In this document: positions 18,010 to 30,200 of the stretch, in pieces
Layout: each line of letters opens with the position of its first letter
How positions within the stretch are numbered: position 1 is the stretch's first letter
DNA from: Synechococcus sp.
GTDB lineage: Bacteria; Cyanobacteriota; Cyanobacteriia; Thermostichales; PCC-7336
Direction of reading: 5' to 3'
Length of the DNA: 46,063 nucleotides
Assembly: GCA_051439605.1 (NCBI GenBank)
Contig: JBFRWN010000126.1
Coordinates: 1-46,063 of the forward strand
The notes under the pieces: generated by a model
What the model was told of the DNA's origin: nothing
The model's input: the letters and a program-made list of their open reading frames with translations, nothing else
The model's database searches: none
Translations under genes and position numbers: made by a program

Positions 18010-19542
18010 TTATGGATTTTTGAATTGGGCGTGCTTGAGTTCTGCCATTAGGCGATCGGTCTGGATGGTGGGGACCAGGGCGTTAGCACAGAGAATGCCG
18101 GAGGCCGCTACTGCAGGAACGCCGATTCCTGGCATGGTGCTATCCCCAACACGATACAAATTGGAGATCGCGGTTTTACAGCCTGGAAACTTCCCTTTTT
18201 TGGGGGGAACGGCTGGTCCGTAGGTACCTCGATTGCGGCGTAGAAAGCGGGCATGGGTAAGCGGTGTGCCCACCAGTTCTAGGGTGACGCGTTCCCGAAT
18301 ATCGGGGATGACTCTCTCCAAAGCTTCGTACAAAATTTGTACTCGTGCTTGCTTCTTCTCTGGATAGCGATCGCCGTACTCCCAGCCAGCATAGGGTTCC
18401 AATGTATAGGCATGCAGGGCGTGATGTCCTACAGGGGCCATAGCAGCATCCCAAACCGTAGGAATCGAGATCATGCAGGTGTTACCCGGCTCGGCGATAT
18501 CCCGATCGCTGCTGTGAACCACCACATGATGACCCGTTAATTGCTCCAATCCATCAGCCCGAATCCCCAGATGTAAATGCATAAAGCTGGGCACCACCTC
18601 GGTGTTTGCCGCCAACTGTTGCTCCTGTTTGGGGACCTGTTTGGGATCGAGCAGCCTTGCCACCGTATCCCACAGCGTGGCATTGGAAATAACTGCGTCC
18701 GCCCGCAATTGTTCCCCCCCCTTCAGCTGAACTCCGATCGCGCGGCGATTCTCAACCAGAATTTTGTCCACATGCGATCTCAGCCGCAGGGTACCGCCAA
18801 ATTTCTCAAGACCCCGCACCAGCGCATCCACGATGGCACCGCTTCCTCCCAGCGGATAGTCGATAACAGAGCGATCGCGCTCTCCATACATAAAGGCCAT
18901 CTCGGGGGTAACGGTTCCCTCAGCTTTGAGTCCCGACAGGAGAAAACACTCGAGATCGATCAAGCGACGCACCCAAGGGTCGCGCACCGTCTGCTTGACG
19001 ATGTCACCCACTGAGCCCCGCACGGCGGATAGCTGTGGTAGCAGCTTGGCCATAGCAGGTAAGTAATTCTTCAATAGCACTGGAAAAACCTGCCAATCTC
19101 CCCTTAGGTGCAGCGGAGGGACTTGGCTAAGGGCATCGAAGAGCTGCAGCATTCTGCGCTCGAATTGCAGAAGTTCCTGCGCCCCTTGGGGAGTGACTTC
19201 CGCCACCGCATGGCGGTACTTTTCCAGATTTCCGTAGATGGGGACGGACCCCTCCGGAAAATGGTAGTGCCCCAGAGGATCGTAGGCGATCGCCTCCACA
19301 AACTCATCCAAGATATCCAGCACCTGGCGCAGCGGATTGAGACTGTGGCGATCGCTTAACCCACAAAAGAAAGACGGACCTGAATCAAATGTATACCCAT
19401 CCCGTTCAAACCCATGGGCAGCCCCACCCGCTAAATAATGGCTCTCGCAAACGGTTACCTTCCACCCATAGCGGGCTAGCAGAGCACCTGCGACCAGTCC
19501 GCCGATTCCACTGCCGATTACGATTGCGGTTCGCTGTGCCAT
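18010..19542 (-). CDS. Phytoene desaturase / carotenoid isomerase (CrtISO)-like FAD oxidoreductase
   Basis: IVIGSGIGGL Rossmann motif, GYTFDSGPS, GTPLTHARFLRRNRGTYGP and GDSTMPGIGVPAVAASG. ATG at 19542. Confidence 0.88.
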   Translation of the reverse strand: MAQRTAIVIGSGIGGLVAGALLARYGWKVTVCESHYLAGGAAHGFERDGYTFDSGPSFFCGLSDRHSLNPLRQVLDILDEFVEAIAYDPLGHYHFPEGSVPIYGNLEKYRHAVAEVTPQGAQELLQFERRMLQLFDALSQVPPLHLRGDWQVFPVLLKNYLPAMAKLLPQLSAVRGSVGDIVKQTVRDPWVRRLIDLECFLLSGLKAEGTVTPEMAFMYGERDRSVIDYPLGGSGAIVDALVRGLEKFGGTLRLRSHVDKILVENRRAIGVQLKGGEQLRADAVISNATLWDTVARLLDPKQVPKQEQQLAANTEVVPSFMHLHLGIRADGLEQLTGHHVVVHSSDRDIAEPGNTCMISIPTVWDAAMAPVGHHALHAYTLEPYAGWEYGDRYPEKKQARVQILYEALERVIPDIRERVTLELVGTPLTHARFLRRNRGTYGPAVPPKKGKFPGCKTAISNLYRVGDSTMPGIGVPAVAASGILCANALVPTIQTDRLMAELKHAQFKNP

Positions 19543-19881
19543 GGGGTTTCCGCGTGTCACCTCGTTACAGAGCGTAACACTTCGATCCTTCTCTTCCACT
19601 GCAGTCCTGAATTCGAACGCATGAGTTCAAGAGTCCCAGTTGCAATCAGCGCTTCCTACTTGGGTTGTCAACGGCGAATCTGCCAACGAACGTCATAAAG
19701 ACTCTCGTTGCAAGGTAGTGAATTAATGCCTGTTTTACATTTGCAGGATTTAAGCCTGGAGAGGTTGAGGTTTTCGTTAACTTTTGACTGTCTTCGTACT
19801 AATGCAAATTAACAGTTATGCAGAGAGGTTTTCCCAACTTGTATAAACACCCTGTGCCTGTTATCCGACGGAGTTAGAGCG

Positions 19882-20508
19882 ATGTTGAAAACTACAGGTT
19901 TAGCTTTGGCTGGTGCCGCAGTTCTTTCGGTTGGCGTATCCCAGAAGCATTTGCCCGTTCAACAGAGTTCCATAGGGGAACTTGACAGCTTTCATGACAA
20001 TCCTGCGTCAATTACTAATGCTGACAGGGTGGCAGAGAGGGCGACTCACGATGGGGATTCCCCGCTTGATGAGAAGGCCGAACAGGGGCCAATGACCCCA
20101 GCTCGCCTATTAAGCGTGGTTACCGAAATGGGTGAAGATGTCACGTCCGCTGGTGGCGGGGTGCAATTTACCTATCAAGGCATACCAATGGTGGGCTTTT
20201 GGGAAACAACCCGCGACCGGATGAGAATTGTTTCCTTGGTGGCTAGTGTTGACAGCTTGGGAGAAGGGGAGGCAGAAATTCTGATGGAAGCGAATTTTCA
20301 TCTGACGTTGGATGCCCGATATGCCTTTAGTCGCGGTTCTATATACGCCGCTTACATTCATCCCCTCTCCCCCCTTGACGAGGCCAGTCTGCGATCGGGC
20401 ATTCGCCAGGTGGCTGGCCTAGTACGCAACTTTGGTGGATCCTATTCCAGCGGAGAGCTGTCATTTGATGTGGAGCCTCCTACCATTGTTCCAGAAGGGA
20501 TTCTGTAA
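19882..20508 (+). CDS. Exported hypothetical protein, YbjN / type III chaperone-like fold
   Basis: Signal-like N-terminus; DRMRIV...LMEANFHLTLDARYA...YIHPLS...FGGSYSSGELSF. Confidence 0.7.
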   Translation: MLKTTGLALAGAAVLSVGVSQKHLPVQQSSIGELDSFHDNPASITNADRVAERATHDGDSPLDEKAEQGPMTPARLLSVVTEMGEDVTSAGGGVQFTYQGIPMVGFWETTRDRMRIVSLVASVDSLGEGEAEILMEANFHLTLDARYAFSRGSIYAAYIHPLSPLDEASLRSGIRQVAGLVRNFGGSYSSGELSFDVEPPTIVPEGIL

Positions 20509-20790
20509 GCTTTTCCATTCCTGTTCATAAGGGGAACTAGGCTGCAGTTCGGTAACAGTTCAACACTTGAATTGCCCGCTGGAGGCTGTAGAATCTTTAT
20601 CGATTTGGGCAACGTTGGGTTGTCAAGGAGCTACCGTGAAATAGCTGATTGCAAAAACCTGAAAATTTTCTCAGGAAAAACCTATGAAGACGCCAGCAAA
20701 TGTCAAGCTTTTTAAGGCGTCTACTCATATGTTCCTCCTAGAATAATTTTGTCGGAGGCTCTGTTCGGGAGTCTTTTATCGAGACCATAA

Positions 20791-22260
20791 ATGTTCAAGT
20801 TGCCAAAACTATGCTCTTCACTGCAGTGCCAGTTAATGGCAATTTCTATGTCGGCAACAGTTGCGGTTGTAGGGACAACTGGGGGATTGGCCACTTGGTC
20901 AATGTACCGCGAGATTTTTTCTAGAACCAAAATTCAGCAACACGATACCCTCACGCAATTATTTCAATACATCGATACCTACCAAGAGATGGTCGACCCG
21001 GAGGAATCGGTCCAGCGGGCGGTCGATAAATACACGGACCTCAATACTTGGATTCAGGTGGAGGACCAGCAGGGGAAAATTATTGTTCAGTCAGATGCAC
21101 TGGAAATCCAAGGCCCCTACGCCCATTTCATGCCCTCAGATCCACAGGTAATTCGTCACAACGGCCAGTATTGGATTGCCTGCGGGCAGTGGATGACATT
21201 AGCGGATGGCTCAGAGGTGTTCATTAACTTGATAGATGATATTACCCCCTCATATCACGCCTATTGGGGGTTTATCCGCACGATGTCGCTGTCGGGCTTG
21301 GGGGCCGTCACTGTGGCCACAATCATTGGTATGGCACTGATTCGACGTTCCCTCTCTCCACTAAGAAAACTCAGTCAGGTAACCGAAACCCTCTCTCTCG
21401 ATCGCCTAGAGGAAACCCGCTTAACGCTCATGAATCCTCCGGCGGAGGTTGAGCAGTTAGTGGTTGCCCTGAATAAAGCCATCGATCGCCTATCCGCATC
21501 GTGGATGATGGAGCAGCAGCTTTTGGGGGATATTTCCCACGAGTTACGGACCCCACTAGCGATCGTACAGGGTTACTTGGAATCTACACTGCGGCGGGGT
21601 CAAAACCTGACCGAAATGCAAAAGGAGTCCCTATCAACAGCATTAGATGAAACCCAATCTACAGTTCGCTTGCTCAAGGAAATGATGAATTTGGCTAGGG
21701 CCGAAACCGGTGGTGTCCACATCCGAACCGAAGTTCTGGAGATGAGAACCTTTGCCTCCGAAATAGAAATGTTAGCCCATCAGATTACGTCCAACCCCTT
21801 TGAGATGGACTTACCCGAGCAGGAGGTATGGGCCTTAGCATCCTGCGATCGCCTCAAGCAGGTGTTGTTAAACCTGATTACTAACGCGAGTCGCTATTCT
21901 GATGCAGAGAAACCGATCGTCCTGAGGGTAAGGAGCAGCGGGGACGAGGTATTGATTGACGTTCAAGATCGCGGTGTCGGGATTGCTCCAGAACAACTTC
22001 CTCGGATTTTCGATCGCTTCTATCGTGCCGATGACTCTCGCAATCGTGCAAAGGGAGGGGTGGGCCTTGGTCTATCAATTGCAGCAGTCCTCATGGAGCA
22101 GATGCACGGTTCAATTTCAGTGGAGTCAAAACTGGGTGAGGGCAGTACATTTACGTTGCACTTACCCAAAGCATGCTCGCCGAAAGGAGCAGCAGCAGAG
22201 CACGGGCGCTTAGCCAGTGACACCGCTAAACCTCAACCTGCACTGACAGGTAATCACTAG
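20791..22260 (+). CDS. Membrane sensor histidine kinase (2 TM, HAMP, HisKA, HATPase); possibly ManS/Hik27-like
   Basis: H-box SHELRTPL, N-box NLITNA, DRGVGI, IFDRFYR and GVGLGL. No adjacent response regulator. Confidence 0.93.
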   Translation: MFKLPKLCSSLQCQLMAISMSATVAVVGTTGGLATWSMYREIFSRTKIQQHDTLTQLFQYIDTYQEMVDPEESVQRAVDKYTDLNTWIQVEDQQGKIIVQSDALEIQGPYAHFMPSDPQVIRHNGQYWIACGQWMTLADGSEVFINLIDDITPSYHAYWGFIRTMSLSGLGAVTVATIIGMALIRRSLSPLRKLSQVTETLSLDRLEETRLTLMNPPAEVEQLVVALNKAIDRLSASWMMEQQLLGDISHELRTPLAIVQGYLESTLRRGQNLTEMQKESLSTALDETQSTVRLLKEMMNLARAETGGVHIRTEVLEMRTFASEIEMLAHQITSNPFEMDLPEQEVWALASCDRLKQVLLNLITNASRYSDAEKPIVLRVRSSGDEVLIDVQDRGVGIAPEQLPRIFDRFYRADDSRNRAKGGVGLGLSIAAVLMEQMHGSISVESKLGEGSTFTLHLPKACSPKGAAAEHGRLASDTAKPQPALTGNH

Positions 22261-22345
22261 CGTTCAGGGGAAGAAAGACCGCCATATTTTTGTCGTTACG
22301 GCATCGAAAAGACTGCGCTCAAGCTTTATTGCTCAAGCTTTGTTA

Positions 22346-22873
22346 CTAGACTTGGCTGGGGGCCACTCGCTTGCGCAATGACCTAACACGTTGTTGGGCA
22401 ACATCACTGCTGGGATCTAATGCCAAAGCTTTTTCATATGCTTCTAAGGCTGGAGCGATCAGATTTTTCTTTTCGTAGGCGTGACCTAAGTTTTGCCAAG
22501 CGGTTGGGTAGTTATCTAGGGCTTGTACCGCAGCTTTGTAATTCCGAATGGCCAAATCGTATTGCTCTTGAATGAAGTAGGTATACCCCAGCGCATTCAG
22601 CACGACTGGAATATCCTCGCCAGCCACCTCAAGGGATTTGCGAAACTGGGTAATCGCCAGATCGTAGAACTTTTTCTCTAGATAGACGCTACCCAGCTCG
22701 TAATGTTCTTCTGCTGTGCCAGACTCTTTGGTTAATCGGGGTTGTAGCCGACTAATTACTCCTTCTTGACGGCGATTGCGCTGCACCTCTCGGAAGACTA
22801 GCCATGCAACCACCGCTAACAGACCGGTTAGGGCCGCTAGGTACACTACGGGTAAGTAAGTCGACAATTCCAT
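22346..22873 (-). CDS. ycf37: Photosystem I assembly TPR protein Ycf37
   Basis: N-terminal TM (LPVVYLAAL), YELGSVYLEKK, NALGYTYF and NLGHAYEKK TPR repeats. Confidence 0.85.
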   Translation of the reverse strand: MELSTYLPVVYLAALTGLLAVVAWLVFREVQRNRRQEGVISRLQPRLTKESGTAEEHYELGSVYLEKKFYDLAITQFRKSLEVAGEDIPVVLNALGYTYFIQEQYDLAIRNYKAAVQALDNYPTAWQNLGHAYEKKNLIAPALEAYEKALALDPSSDVAQQRVRSLRKRVAPSQV

Positions 22874-23272
22874 ATGCGTATCTAACTCTGTCGTTGTTCA
22901 ACCTATCACCACTCTGCTCGATATCGGTCCGATCGAGGCTTGGATTTTACAGACTGATGTTGCCAACTAAGGGAGGTTTGTCTGCTGACCTCATGCTAAA
23001 GGTGCAGGGACAACCAAGAACGGTTACACTTCCTCGATGCGATAAAGCGATCGCGGTGCAACTCACCAAGTTCTGTGAAGAACGGCTTTATTAAGGAGGA
23101 GGGCACCCTATCGTATTTGAAATGGTGTTTGCTGGTAGACACAAGATTATGCTGAAAGGACATTCATAGTCTTAGGCAAGATCCAAACCACAATCCTTTT
23201 GACTTCGATTCTGAGTCAATCCAAGCTATATCGGCTTAACTGTTAGACCTGCTACCTCGCAATACGCAACTT

Positions 23273-24196
23273 ATGGGACAGTCCACCGCTGGAATCATTT
23301 ACAACGACACCAAACCATCCGCCGTGCGTGCCTGCACATCTTTAACGGAATGGTTGGAGATGAAAGGGTGGAAAGTGATTGCTGCATCGGGGATGGGAGG
23401 AATTTTGGGATACTCTCGCCCTAATAGTCCTGTACGCCATAGCCCGGTCGATCGGCTAGCTCCTCCAGGATTCGATCGCGACATGGACTTTGCCATTGTG
23501 CTGGGGGGAGATGGCACCGTGTTGGCGGCTGCGAGGCAGTTGTCCCCCCACAACATTCCACTGCTAACTGTTAACACGGGCCATTTGGGCTTTTTGACCG
23601 AGACCTATCTGCCGCTGCTATTCAAAGCCACCGAGTCAGTGCTGTCCGGCGATTGCTATCTAGACGAACGAACGATGTTGTCGGTGGAGGTGTGGAGAGA
23701 CGACTCTCTGATGTGGGAGGCACTGTCACTGAACGAGATGGTGCTACACCGCGAGCCTTTGACCAGCATGTGCCACTATGAAATTTCGATTGGCGAGCAT
23801 TCGCCGTTGGATGTGGCTGCTGATGGAATTATTATTGCCACCCCCACAGGGTCCACAGCCTATGCGTTGTCAGCTGGTGGGCCGGTGGTCACTCCTGGGG
23901 TTTCTGTACTGCAGTTGATTCCCATTTGTCCCCACTCCTTGGCCTCGCGGGCCTTAGTTTTTGATGATTCCGAACCGATACTAGTGCGCTCCCCCATTCA
24001 AGATCAGCTCGTATTGGTGGTGGATGGTAATGCTGGGTGTTACATCTCTCCAGAAGATGAAATCCGCGTCGAGCGATCGCCCTTTCAAACCCAGCTCATT
24101 CGATTGCAACGGGCTGAGTTTTTCCGTGTCTTGCGAGAGAAGTTGGGGTGGGGATTAACTCACGCCTCCAAGCCCACATCAGTTGAACTGCCTTAG
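23273..24196 (+). CDS. nadK: NAD(+) kinase
   Basis: [17 protein letters not shown] and [15 protein letters not shown] motifs. Confidence 0.95.
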   Translation: MGQSTAGIIYNDTKPSAVRACTSLTEWLEMKGWKVIAASGMGGILGYSRPNSPVRHSPVDRLAPPGFDRDMDFAIVLGGDGTVLAAARQLSPHNIPLLTVNTGHLGFLTETYLPLLFKATESVLSGDCYLDERTMLSVEVWRDDSLMWEALSLNEMVLHREPLTSMCHYEISIGEHSPLDVAADGIIIATPTGSTAYALSAGGPVVTPGVSVLQLIPICPHSLASRALVFDDSEPILVRSPIQDQLVLVVDGNAGCYISPEDEIRVERSPFQTQLIRLQRAEFFRVLREKLGWGLTHASKPTSVELP

Positions 24197-24222
24197 CGAA
24201 TGTGGAGTGTCAATCGGTTTTG

Positions 24223-24252
24223 AAAAAAAAGCCCCGCCTATAGGCGGGGTTC
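24223..24252 (-). terminator. Intrinsic terminator between convergent nadK and ndhD
   Basis: Palindrome CCCCGCCTATAGGCGGGG preceded by A8, which is a U-tract on the minus strand. Confidence 0.85.
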
Positions 24253-24397
24253 TCTCGTCGTTTCAAATAGCGGTAAAGAATTTCAACGCGTTCTTTATGG
24301 CAACTCTCAAGTCGCTTAGGACATTTCAGCTATCTAGATCTCTAACTAGATATAGATTTTTCTGTCTTAACTAAAAGGGCCACAACTATCTATGAGG

Positions 24398-26005
24398 TTA
24401 CCGGTCGATAGTGCTAAAGATGCTGGGCAGAGCAGGTAACGTTGGGGCGGATTTTGCCTCGGCAATCTCGATCTGCCGTTGGTGTCGGGCTTCCGCTACC
24501 AAAGAGACCGTTTGAGTCACTCTGTCTGCCAGCGCAACAGTCTTGACGTCGTAGGTTTGGGTGGCCAGCTTGGGATAGAAACCAATTCCGAAAATTGGGA
24601 TCAGCAGGCAAGCAGCGATCGCCAATTCGCGGGGTTTGATGTCCTGCCAAGGATCGACCACGACTGCGGCGGCAGAATCGTTGCCAAAGAACATGCGGCG
24701 CAGCATTGATAGCAGATAAATGGGGGTCAGGATGAGGCCAAATGCTGCCAAAACAATGATGCCAGCTTTAAATGTACTGCTGTAAATATCGCTGTTGGCT
24801 ACTCCCAAGAAGACCATCAATTCACCGACGAAGCCACTCATACCAGGCAAAGCTAAAGACGCCATCGAGCCAGCAGTGAACATGGCGAAGGTCTTCGGCA
24901 TCGATTGAGCCAGACCGGTCATTTTGGTCATATCGAGGGTATGGGTACGCTCGTAGGTAACACCAGCCAGGAAGAATAACATGGCTGCAATCAAGCCGTG
25001 AGAAATCATCTGGAGAACTGCTCCGTTCAAACCCAGATCCGTTAGGCTCGCAATACCAATCAACACGAAACCCATATGGGAGATGGAGGAGCAAGCTAAA
25101 CGACGCTTGAGATTTTCCTGGCCAAAGGCATTCAGGGCACCGTATACGATATTGACAATTCCGAGCACCATCAGTATCGGTGCGAAATAGAGATGGGCTG
25201 AAGGCAACATCTCTACGTTGGTACGAATCAAAGCGTAACCACCCATCTTCAGCAGTACGCCAGCCAGAATCATTGAAATAGGTGCAGATGCTTCTCCATG
25301 GGCATCAGGCAACCAGGTGTGCAAAGGAAAGATGGGCAGTTTCACACCGAAGGCAATAATCAAACTGCCGTAAACTAGTAGCTCTAAGGTGAAGGGGAAA
25401 TTCTTCTGAGCAATCGCTGCCATGTCGAAGGTAACGGTATCCCCATAAAAAGCCATAGTAAATGCGGCTACCAGTATGAAAACAGATGCCAGGGCAGTAT
25501 AGAGAATGAACTTGGTTGCTGCATACTGGCGTTTAGCTCCTCCCCAGATTGCAATCAACATGTAAACCGGAATCAGTTCGAGTTCCCACATCAGGAAGAA
25601 CATCAGCAGGTCTCTAGCAGCAAAAACACCAACTTGTGCTGCGAGCAGGACCAAAACTAAAGCGAAGAACAGACGGGGTTTCTTCTCGACCCCCCAAGCT
25701 GCCCAAATCGCGATCGCGTTCACAAACCCTGCTAAAACAATCAGCGGCATGGAAATACCATCCGCTGCAACAGCCCAGCTCAGGTTGAGTTGGGGAATCC
25801 AGGAGTAGGTCTCTACTAACTGATAGCTAGGGTTAGCAAAATTGAAATGCTGAAGAAACGTGTAAAGGATAAAAGCGAATTCCGCGAGGGATACCCCCAA
25901 GGCATAGGTCCGAACGGTCTTAGGGTTGGGGAGCAGGGGAATAACCAGAGCCGCTAGGAGCGGAAATGCTATTGCTGTTGTTAACCAGGGAAAGTCTGCT
26001 GACAT
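24398..26005 (-). CDS. ndhD: NAD(P)H-quinone oxidoreductase subunit 4 (stand-alone, probably NdhD2 type)
   Basis: [32 protein letters not shown] and [13 protein letters not shown] motifs; no adjacent ndhF. Confidence 0.93.
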   Translation of the reverse strand: MSADFPWLTTAIAFPLLAALVIPLLPNPKTVRTYALGVSLAEFAFILYTFLQHFNFANPSYQLVETYSWIPQLNLSWAVAADGISMPLIVLAGFVNAIAIWAAWGVEKKPRLFFALVLVLLAAQVGVFAARDLLMFFLMWELELIPVYMLIAIWGGAKRQYAATKFILYTALASVFILVAAFTMAFYGDTVTFDMAAIAQKNFPFTLELLVYGSLIIAFGVKLPIFPLHTWLPDAHGEASAPISMILAGVLLKMGGYALIRTNVEMLPSAHLYFAPILMVLGIVNIVYGALNAFGQENLKRRLACSSISHMGFVLIGIASLTDLGLNGAVLQMISHGLIAAMLFFLAGVTYERTHTLDMTKMTGLAQSMPKTFAMFTAGSMASLALPGMSGFVGELMVFLGVANSDIYSSTFKAGIIVLAAFGLILTPIYLLSMLRRMFFGNDSAAAVVVDPWQDIKPRELAIAACLLIPIFGIGFYPKLATQTYDVKTVALADRVTQTVSLVAEARHQRQIEIAEAKSAPTLPALPSIFSTIDR

Positions 26006-26053
26006 TATTTTCCTCGACGACCTTATGAGGATTAATACCTACGATCATTCCCC

Positions 26054-26090
26054 ATTATATGAAGAAAGTTTGCAAACAGGCAAACTTTCT
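26054..26090 (-). promoter_or_regulatory. Putative ndhD promoter overlapped by a perfect 11-bp inverted repeat
   Basis: Minus-strand TATAAT at 26059-26054 and TTGCCT at 26083-26078 (18-bp spacer); AGAAAGTTTGC-N6-GCAAACTTTCT at 26063-26090. Confidence 0.6.
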
Positions 26091-26560
26091 ATGGAATTGT
26101 CGTTAAGTCGCATGTTGCCGTGATTGGTTCGGCCCTAATGACGGGAGATCGCGATTTGAGTTGATGCGCTGATTGCCGCAAGCAGCCAACTGGCATAGAA
26201 CCTGGGCTCCCCCTTGTTTGGCTACAGCCCTACTGCTATCGGTTTCGGGTGGGGAGCTCTACTTAATAAAAGGAAATTTTTCCCTGCAACACCCTTGCCA
26301 ATATCTCCACAACGTTACATTTTGGGTGCGCTTTATCTGAATAAATGTGAAGCTGCTCCTTCCTCTGTGTTTAATACCGATGTATTCCACACCCTAGTCT
26401 CAATATTCATCGGCAAGGCTATTTCAGATCTAATGCTATGAGCGGTTATCACTGATGTTTATGAAAGGTTAGAGTCTATTAGCCTGCGAATTAAGGCCCA
26501 TACTTAGAACTTAGATATAGTTTCCTTTTTGAAGATCTAAGAGCCTGAGAGCACCAACAA

Positions 26561-26854
26561 TTACTGACCACTGCGTGCGATCGCCTCTTTCATTTGCTTC
26601 CAACTCCACAAATTGCGTACGCCAAGCACTAGAAATATCCCTCCTGGGATATAGGTCGGTACAGCTGATTCACCGAAGGGTAGCGTCGCGCCTTGGAGAA
26701 TTCCGCTGATGATGAGCTCGAGGCCAAAAATAGTAAAGGAAAGGGCTGTGATTGAAAGTGTTCTCAGGAGCCATTTCGGAGGGGCAGAGGCTCCCGGTTT
26801 AAGTTGAGTATCGCCTTGAGGCTGCGAGGAGGGTTGAGGAGATGGATCTGGCAA
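26561..26854 (-). CDS. Small two-TM hypothetical protein
   Basis: 97-aa ORF with a TTG start and two hydrophobic helices, in an otherwise empty intergenic space. Confidence 0.65.
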   Translation of the reverse strand: MPDPSPQPSSQPQGDTQLKPGASAPPKWLLRTLSITALSFTIFGLELIISGILQGATLPFGESAVPTYIPGGIFLVLGVRNLWSWKQMKEAIARSGQ

Positions 26855-27254
26855 GACTATAACCTCAGTTGTTAAGTCTAGGGTAGTTGAGTTATTGGGT
26901 CCTGGCAGGATATGGCTACCGCTCCCACGTTTCTCTTGGGCATGAACGTGCAGAAGTACGTGTCCATTACCAGGCTATTTCACTAGTGACATCTCTAAAT
27001 AAGAATTCTTGCCTAGCAAAGGCAGAATAAGTCTCCATAGCAAAAGCTATGCCAAACTCGCACCTCGACAATTCATCTCAAGCGGAAACAACTGTCGTTT
27101 CCTAACGATCGTATGACGATTTGCTTAAGGGTAGGTAGGGGGCCAATTTTCTGGATGGATACTCCTTGGTGTAGGCGATCGCTTCTTAACCCACCGCGCC
27201 TGTCGAAGCCACTATCATGGTCTTCCCCGTTCCGTTATCCGCCCATTTAGCGCA

Positions 27255-30200
27255 ATGACTTACCAAACTTCTCCATCGAAACAGGGCCTCTACGATCCGC
27301 AATTCGAGCACGATGCCTGTGGCGTCGGCTTTGTCGTGCAAATGAAAGGCAAGCCGTCCCACGGCATTGTGGAACAAGCTCTCACGATTCTGCTTAACCT
27401 CGACCACCGGGGGGCGGTGGGGGCCGAACCGAATACCGGAGATGGGGCAGGCATTTTGATGCAACTGCCCCACAAATTTCTACAGAAGGTGGCGGCCACC
27501 GAAGGCTTAGCGCTGCCAGAGAAGGGACAGTATGGCGTTGCCAATATCTATTCGTCCCCGGACCCGGACGTTCGGCAGGAAAGTCGGCGGCGGTTCGAAA
27601 AAGTCGTGGCAGATATGGGGCAGTCAGTCATCGGATGGCGAGATATGCCTACGGATAATTCCAGTTTGGGGGAGACAGCCAAAGCCAGCGAGCCATTTAT
27701 GGAGCAGGCGTTTATTCGTCGGGGGGATGACGTTGCGGACGAGTTGGCCTTCGAGCGCAAGCTGTACGTGATTCGCAAGCAGGCACACATGGCGATTCGC
27801 CATCCCGGAATCGATCGCTACTGGTACCCCGCCAGCCTTTCCTGCCGGACAATAGTTTACAAAGGAATGCTGATGCCCGAGCAGGTGGGTCAGTACTACC
27901 CGGACCTCAGCGATCCGGATATGGAAAGTGCGCTGGGGCTAGTGCACTCCCGATTCAGTACCAATACCTTTCCTAGTTGGGAGCGATCGCACCCCTACCG
28001 CTACATTGCTCACAACGGCGAAATCAATACGATGCGCGGCAATATCAACTGGATGCACGCCCGCCAGTCGATGTTCCATTCAAAACTGTTTGGGGAGGAT
28101 CTGGACAAAGCGCAGCCCATTATCAATATCGAAGGCAGCGACTCGACGATTTTCGACAATACTTTAGAGCTACTGACGCTGTCAGGGCGATCGCTCCCTC
28201 ACTCCATCATGATGATGATTCCGGAGCCCTGGGCGGGGCACGAATCCATGAGCGCCGATCGCAAAGCGTTTTATCAGTACCATTCATGTTTGATGGAGCC
28301 CTGGGATGGTCCTGCGTCCATTGCCTTCACCGACGGCAGCGTAATGGGGGCGGTACTCGATCGGAACGGACTGCGACCCTCTCGGTACTACGTCACCAAA
28401 GACAATCGCGTCATTATGGCCTCTGAAGCAGGGGTGTTGCCCGTCGCACCAGACCAAGTGGTAAAGAAGGGTCGCTTGGAGCCGGGACGGATGTTCCTGG
28501 TGGATATGAATCAGGGACGCATTATTGCCGACGAAGAGATTAAGAGTGGAATTGCGTCGCAGTACCCCTATCAGGACTGGTTGGATCGCAATCTGCTGAC
28601 GTTAAACGATCTACCGGCAGTGCAGGATTCTGGCGAGACTCAAACTGACTTGCCTCTCACTCAGCGGCAGCGGGCGTTTGGTTACACCTTCGAAGAATTG
28701 CGGTTGTTGCTGACGCCGATGGCCCAGAACGGAGTGGAAGCGATCGGTGCGATGGGCACAGATACGCCCCTGGCGGTGCTGTCGAACCGACCTAAGTTGC
28801 TGTACGACTATTTCCAACAGTTGTTCGCTCAAGTCACGAATCCGCCAATTGACTCGATTCGAGAGGCAATTATTACTTCGCCGGTGACGACCATTGGCAG
28901 CGAGCGGAATTTGCTGGAGCCAGATCCCGAAAGCTGTAGGTTAATCGAGCTGAAGACGCCCGTGATTAGCAACGAAGAACTGGCAAAGCTGAAGCATATT
29001 CAGACTCCCCATTTCTCGTCGGTGACCCTGCCAATGCTGTGCGATCCCAAAACTGGGGTAGACGGTCTGGAAGCGGCGATCGCCGACATTTGCCAGCAAG
29101 CAGACGATGCGATCGCCTCTGGCACCAACCTGATCGTGCTCAGCGATCGCGACATCTGCAAAGATCGTGCTCCCATCCCCGCACTGCTGGCGGTGGCCGG
29201 TCTGCACCACCACCTGATTCGCAATGGCAATCGTACTCGTGTCGGCCTCGTTCTGGAGTCCGGCGAACCCCGCGAAGTTCACCATTTTGCTGTCCTGATT
29301 GGCTATGGTTGCGGGGCCATTAACCCCTATCTGGCCTTCGAGACAATTGCAGGGATGATCGACGACGGCACTCTAAAAGGTGTGGACTTCGAGACCGCTT
29401 GTAAGAACTACATCAAGGCTGTTACCAAGGGGGTCATCAAGATTGGTTCGAAGATTGGGATTTCAACTATTCAGAGCTATCGCGGAGCACAGATTTTTGA
29501 GGCGATCGGCTTGGACAAGACAGCGATCGACAAATACTTCAGTTGGACCGCATCGCGTCTGGAGGGGGCAGATTTGGCAGTGCTTGCCCAGGAGGCCATT
29601 CTGCGCCACAATCGTGCCTTTCCCGATCGCGACACCCACGATCGAACACTGGATGTGGGCGGCGAGTACCAATGGCGAAAGGATGGGGAGGCTCACCTGT
29701 TGAGTCCCGAAACTATTCACCTGCTGCAGCAGGCGGTGCGTCAGGGGGATTACGAGCTGTACAAGCAATATGCCGCCCAGATCAACGATCGCGGCAAGCA
29801 GTACTTCCGCATCCGCGATCTGCTGCAGTTCAAGCAACGGGAACCCATCCCGCTGGAGGAAGTGGAGCCCATTGAAGCAATCATGTCCCGCTTCAAGACG
29901 GGGGCCATGAGTTACGGCTCCATCTCGAAGGAGACCCACGAATCGCTGGCGATCGCCATGAATCGCATCGGCGGTAAGTCCAATACGGGCGAAGGGGGGG
30001 AAGATCCCGAACGCTACACCTGGACCAACGATCGCGGTGATTCCAAGAACAGTGCGATTAAGCAGGTGGCTTCCGGTCGTTTCGGGGTTACCAGCCTGTA
30101 TCTGTCTCAGGCTAAGGAAATTCAGATAAAGATGGCGCAGGGAGCCAAGCCTGGCGAGGGCGGTCAGCTCCCCGGGAAGAAGGTCTATCCCTGGATTGCC

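Noticed and set aside
26956..26970. NtcA-like site upstream of gltB
   Set aside because: The spacing is GTA-N9-TAC, not N8.
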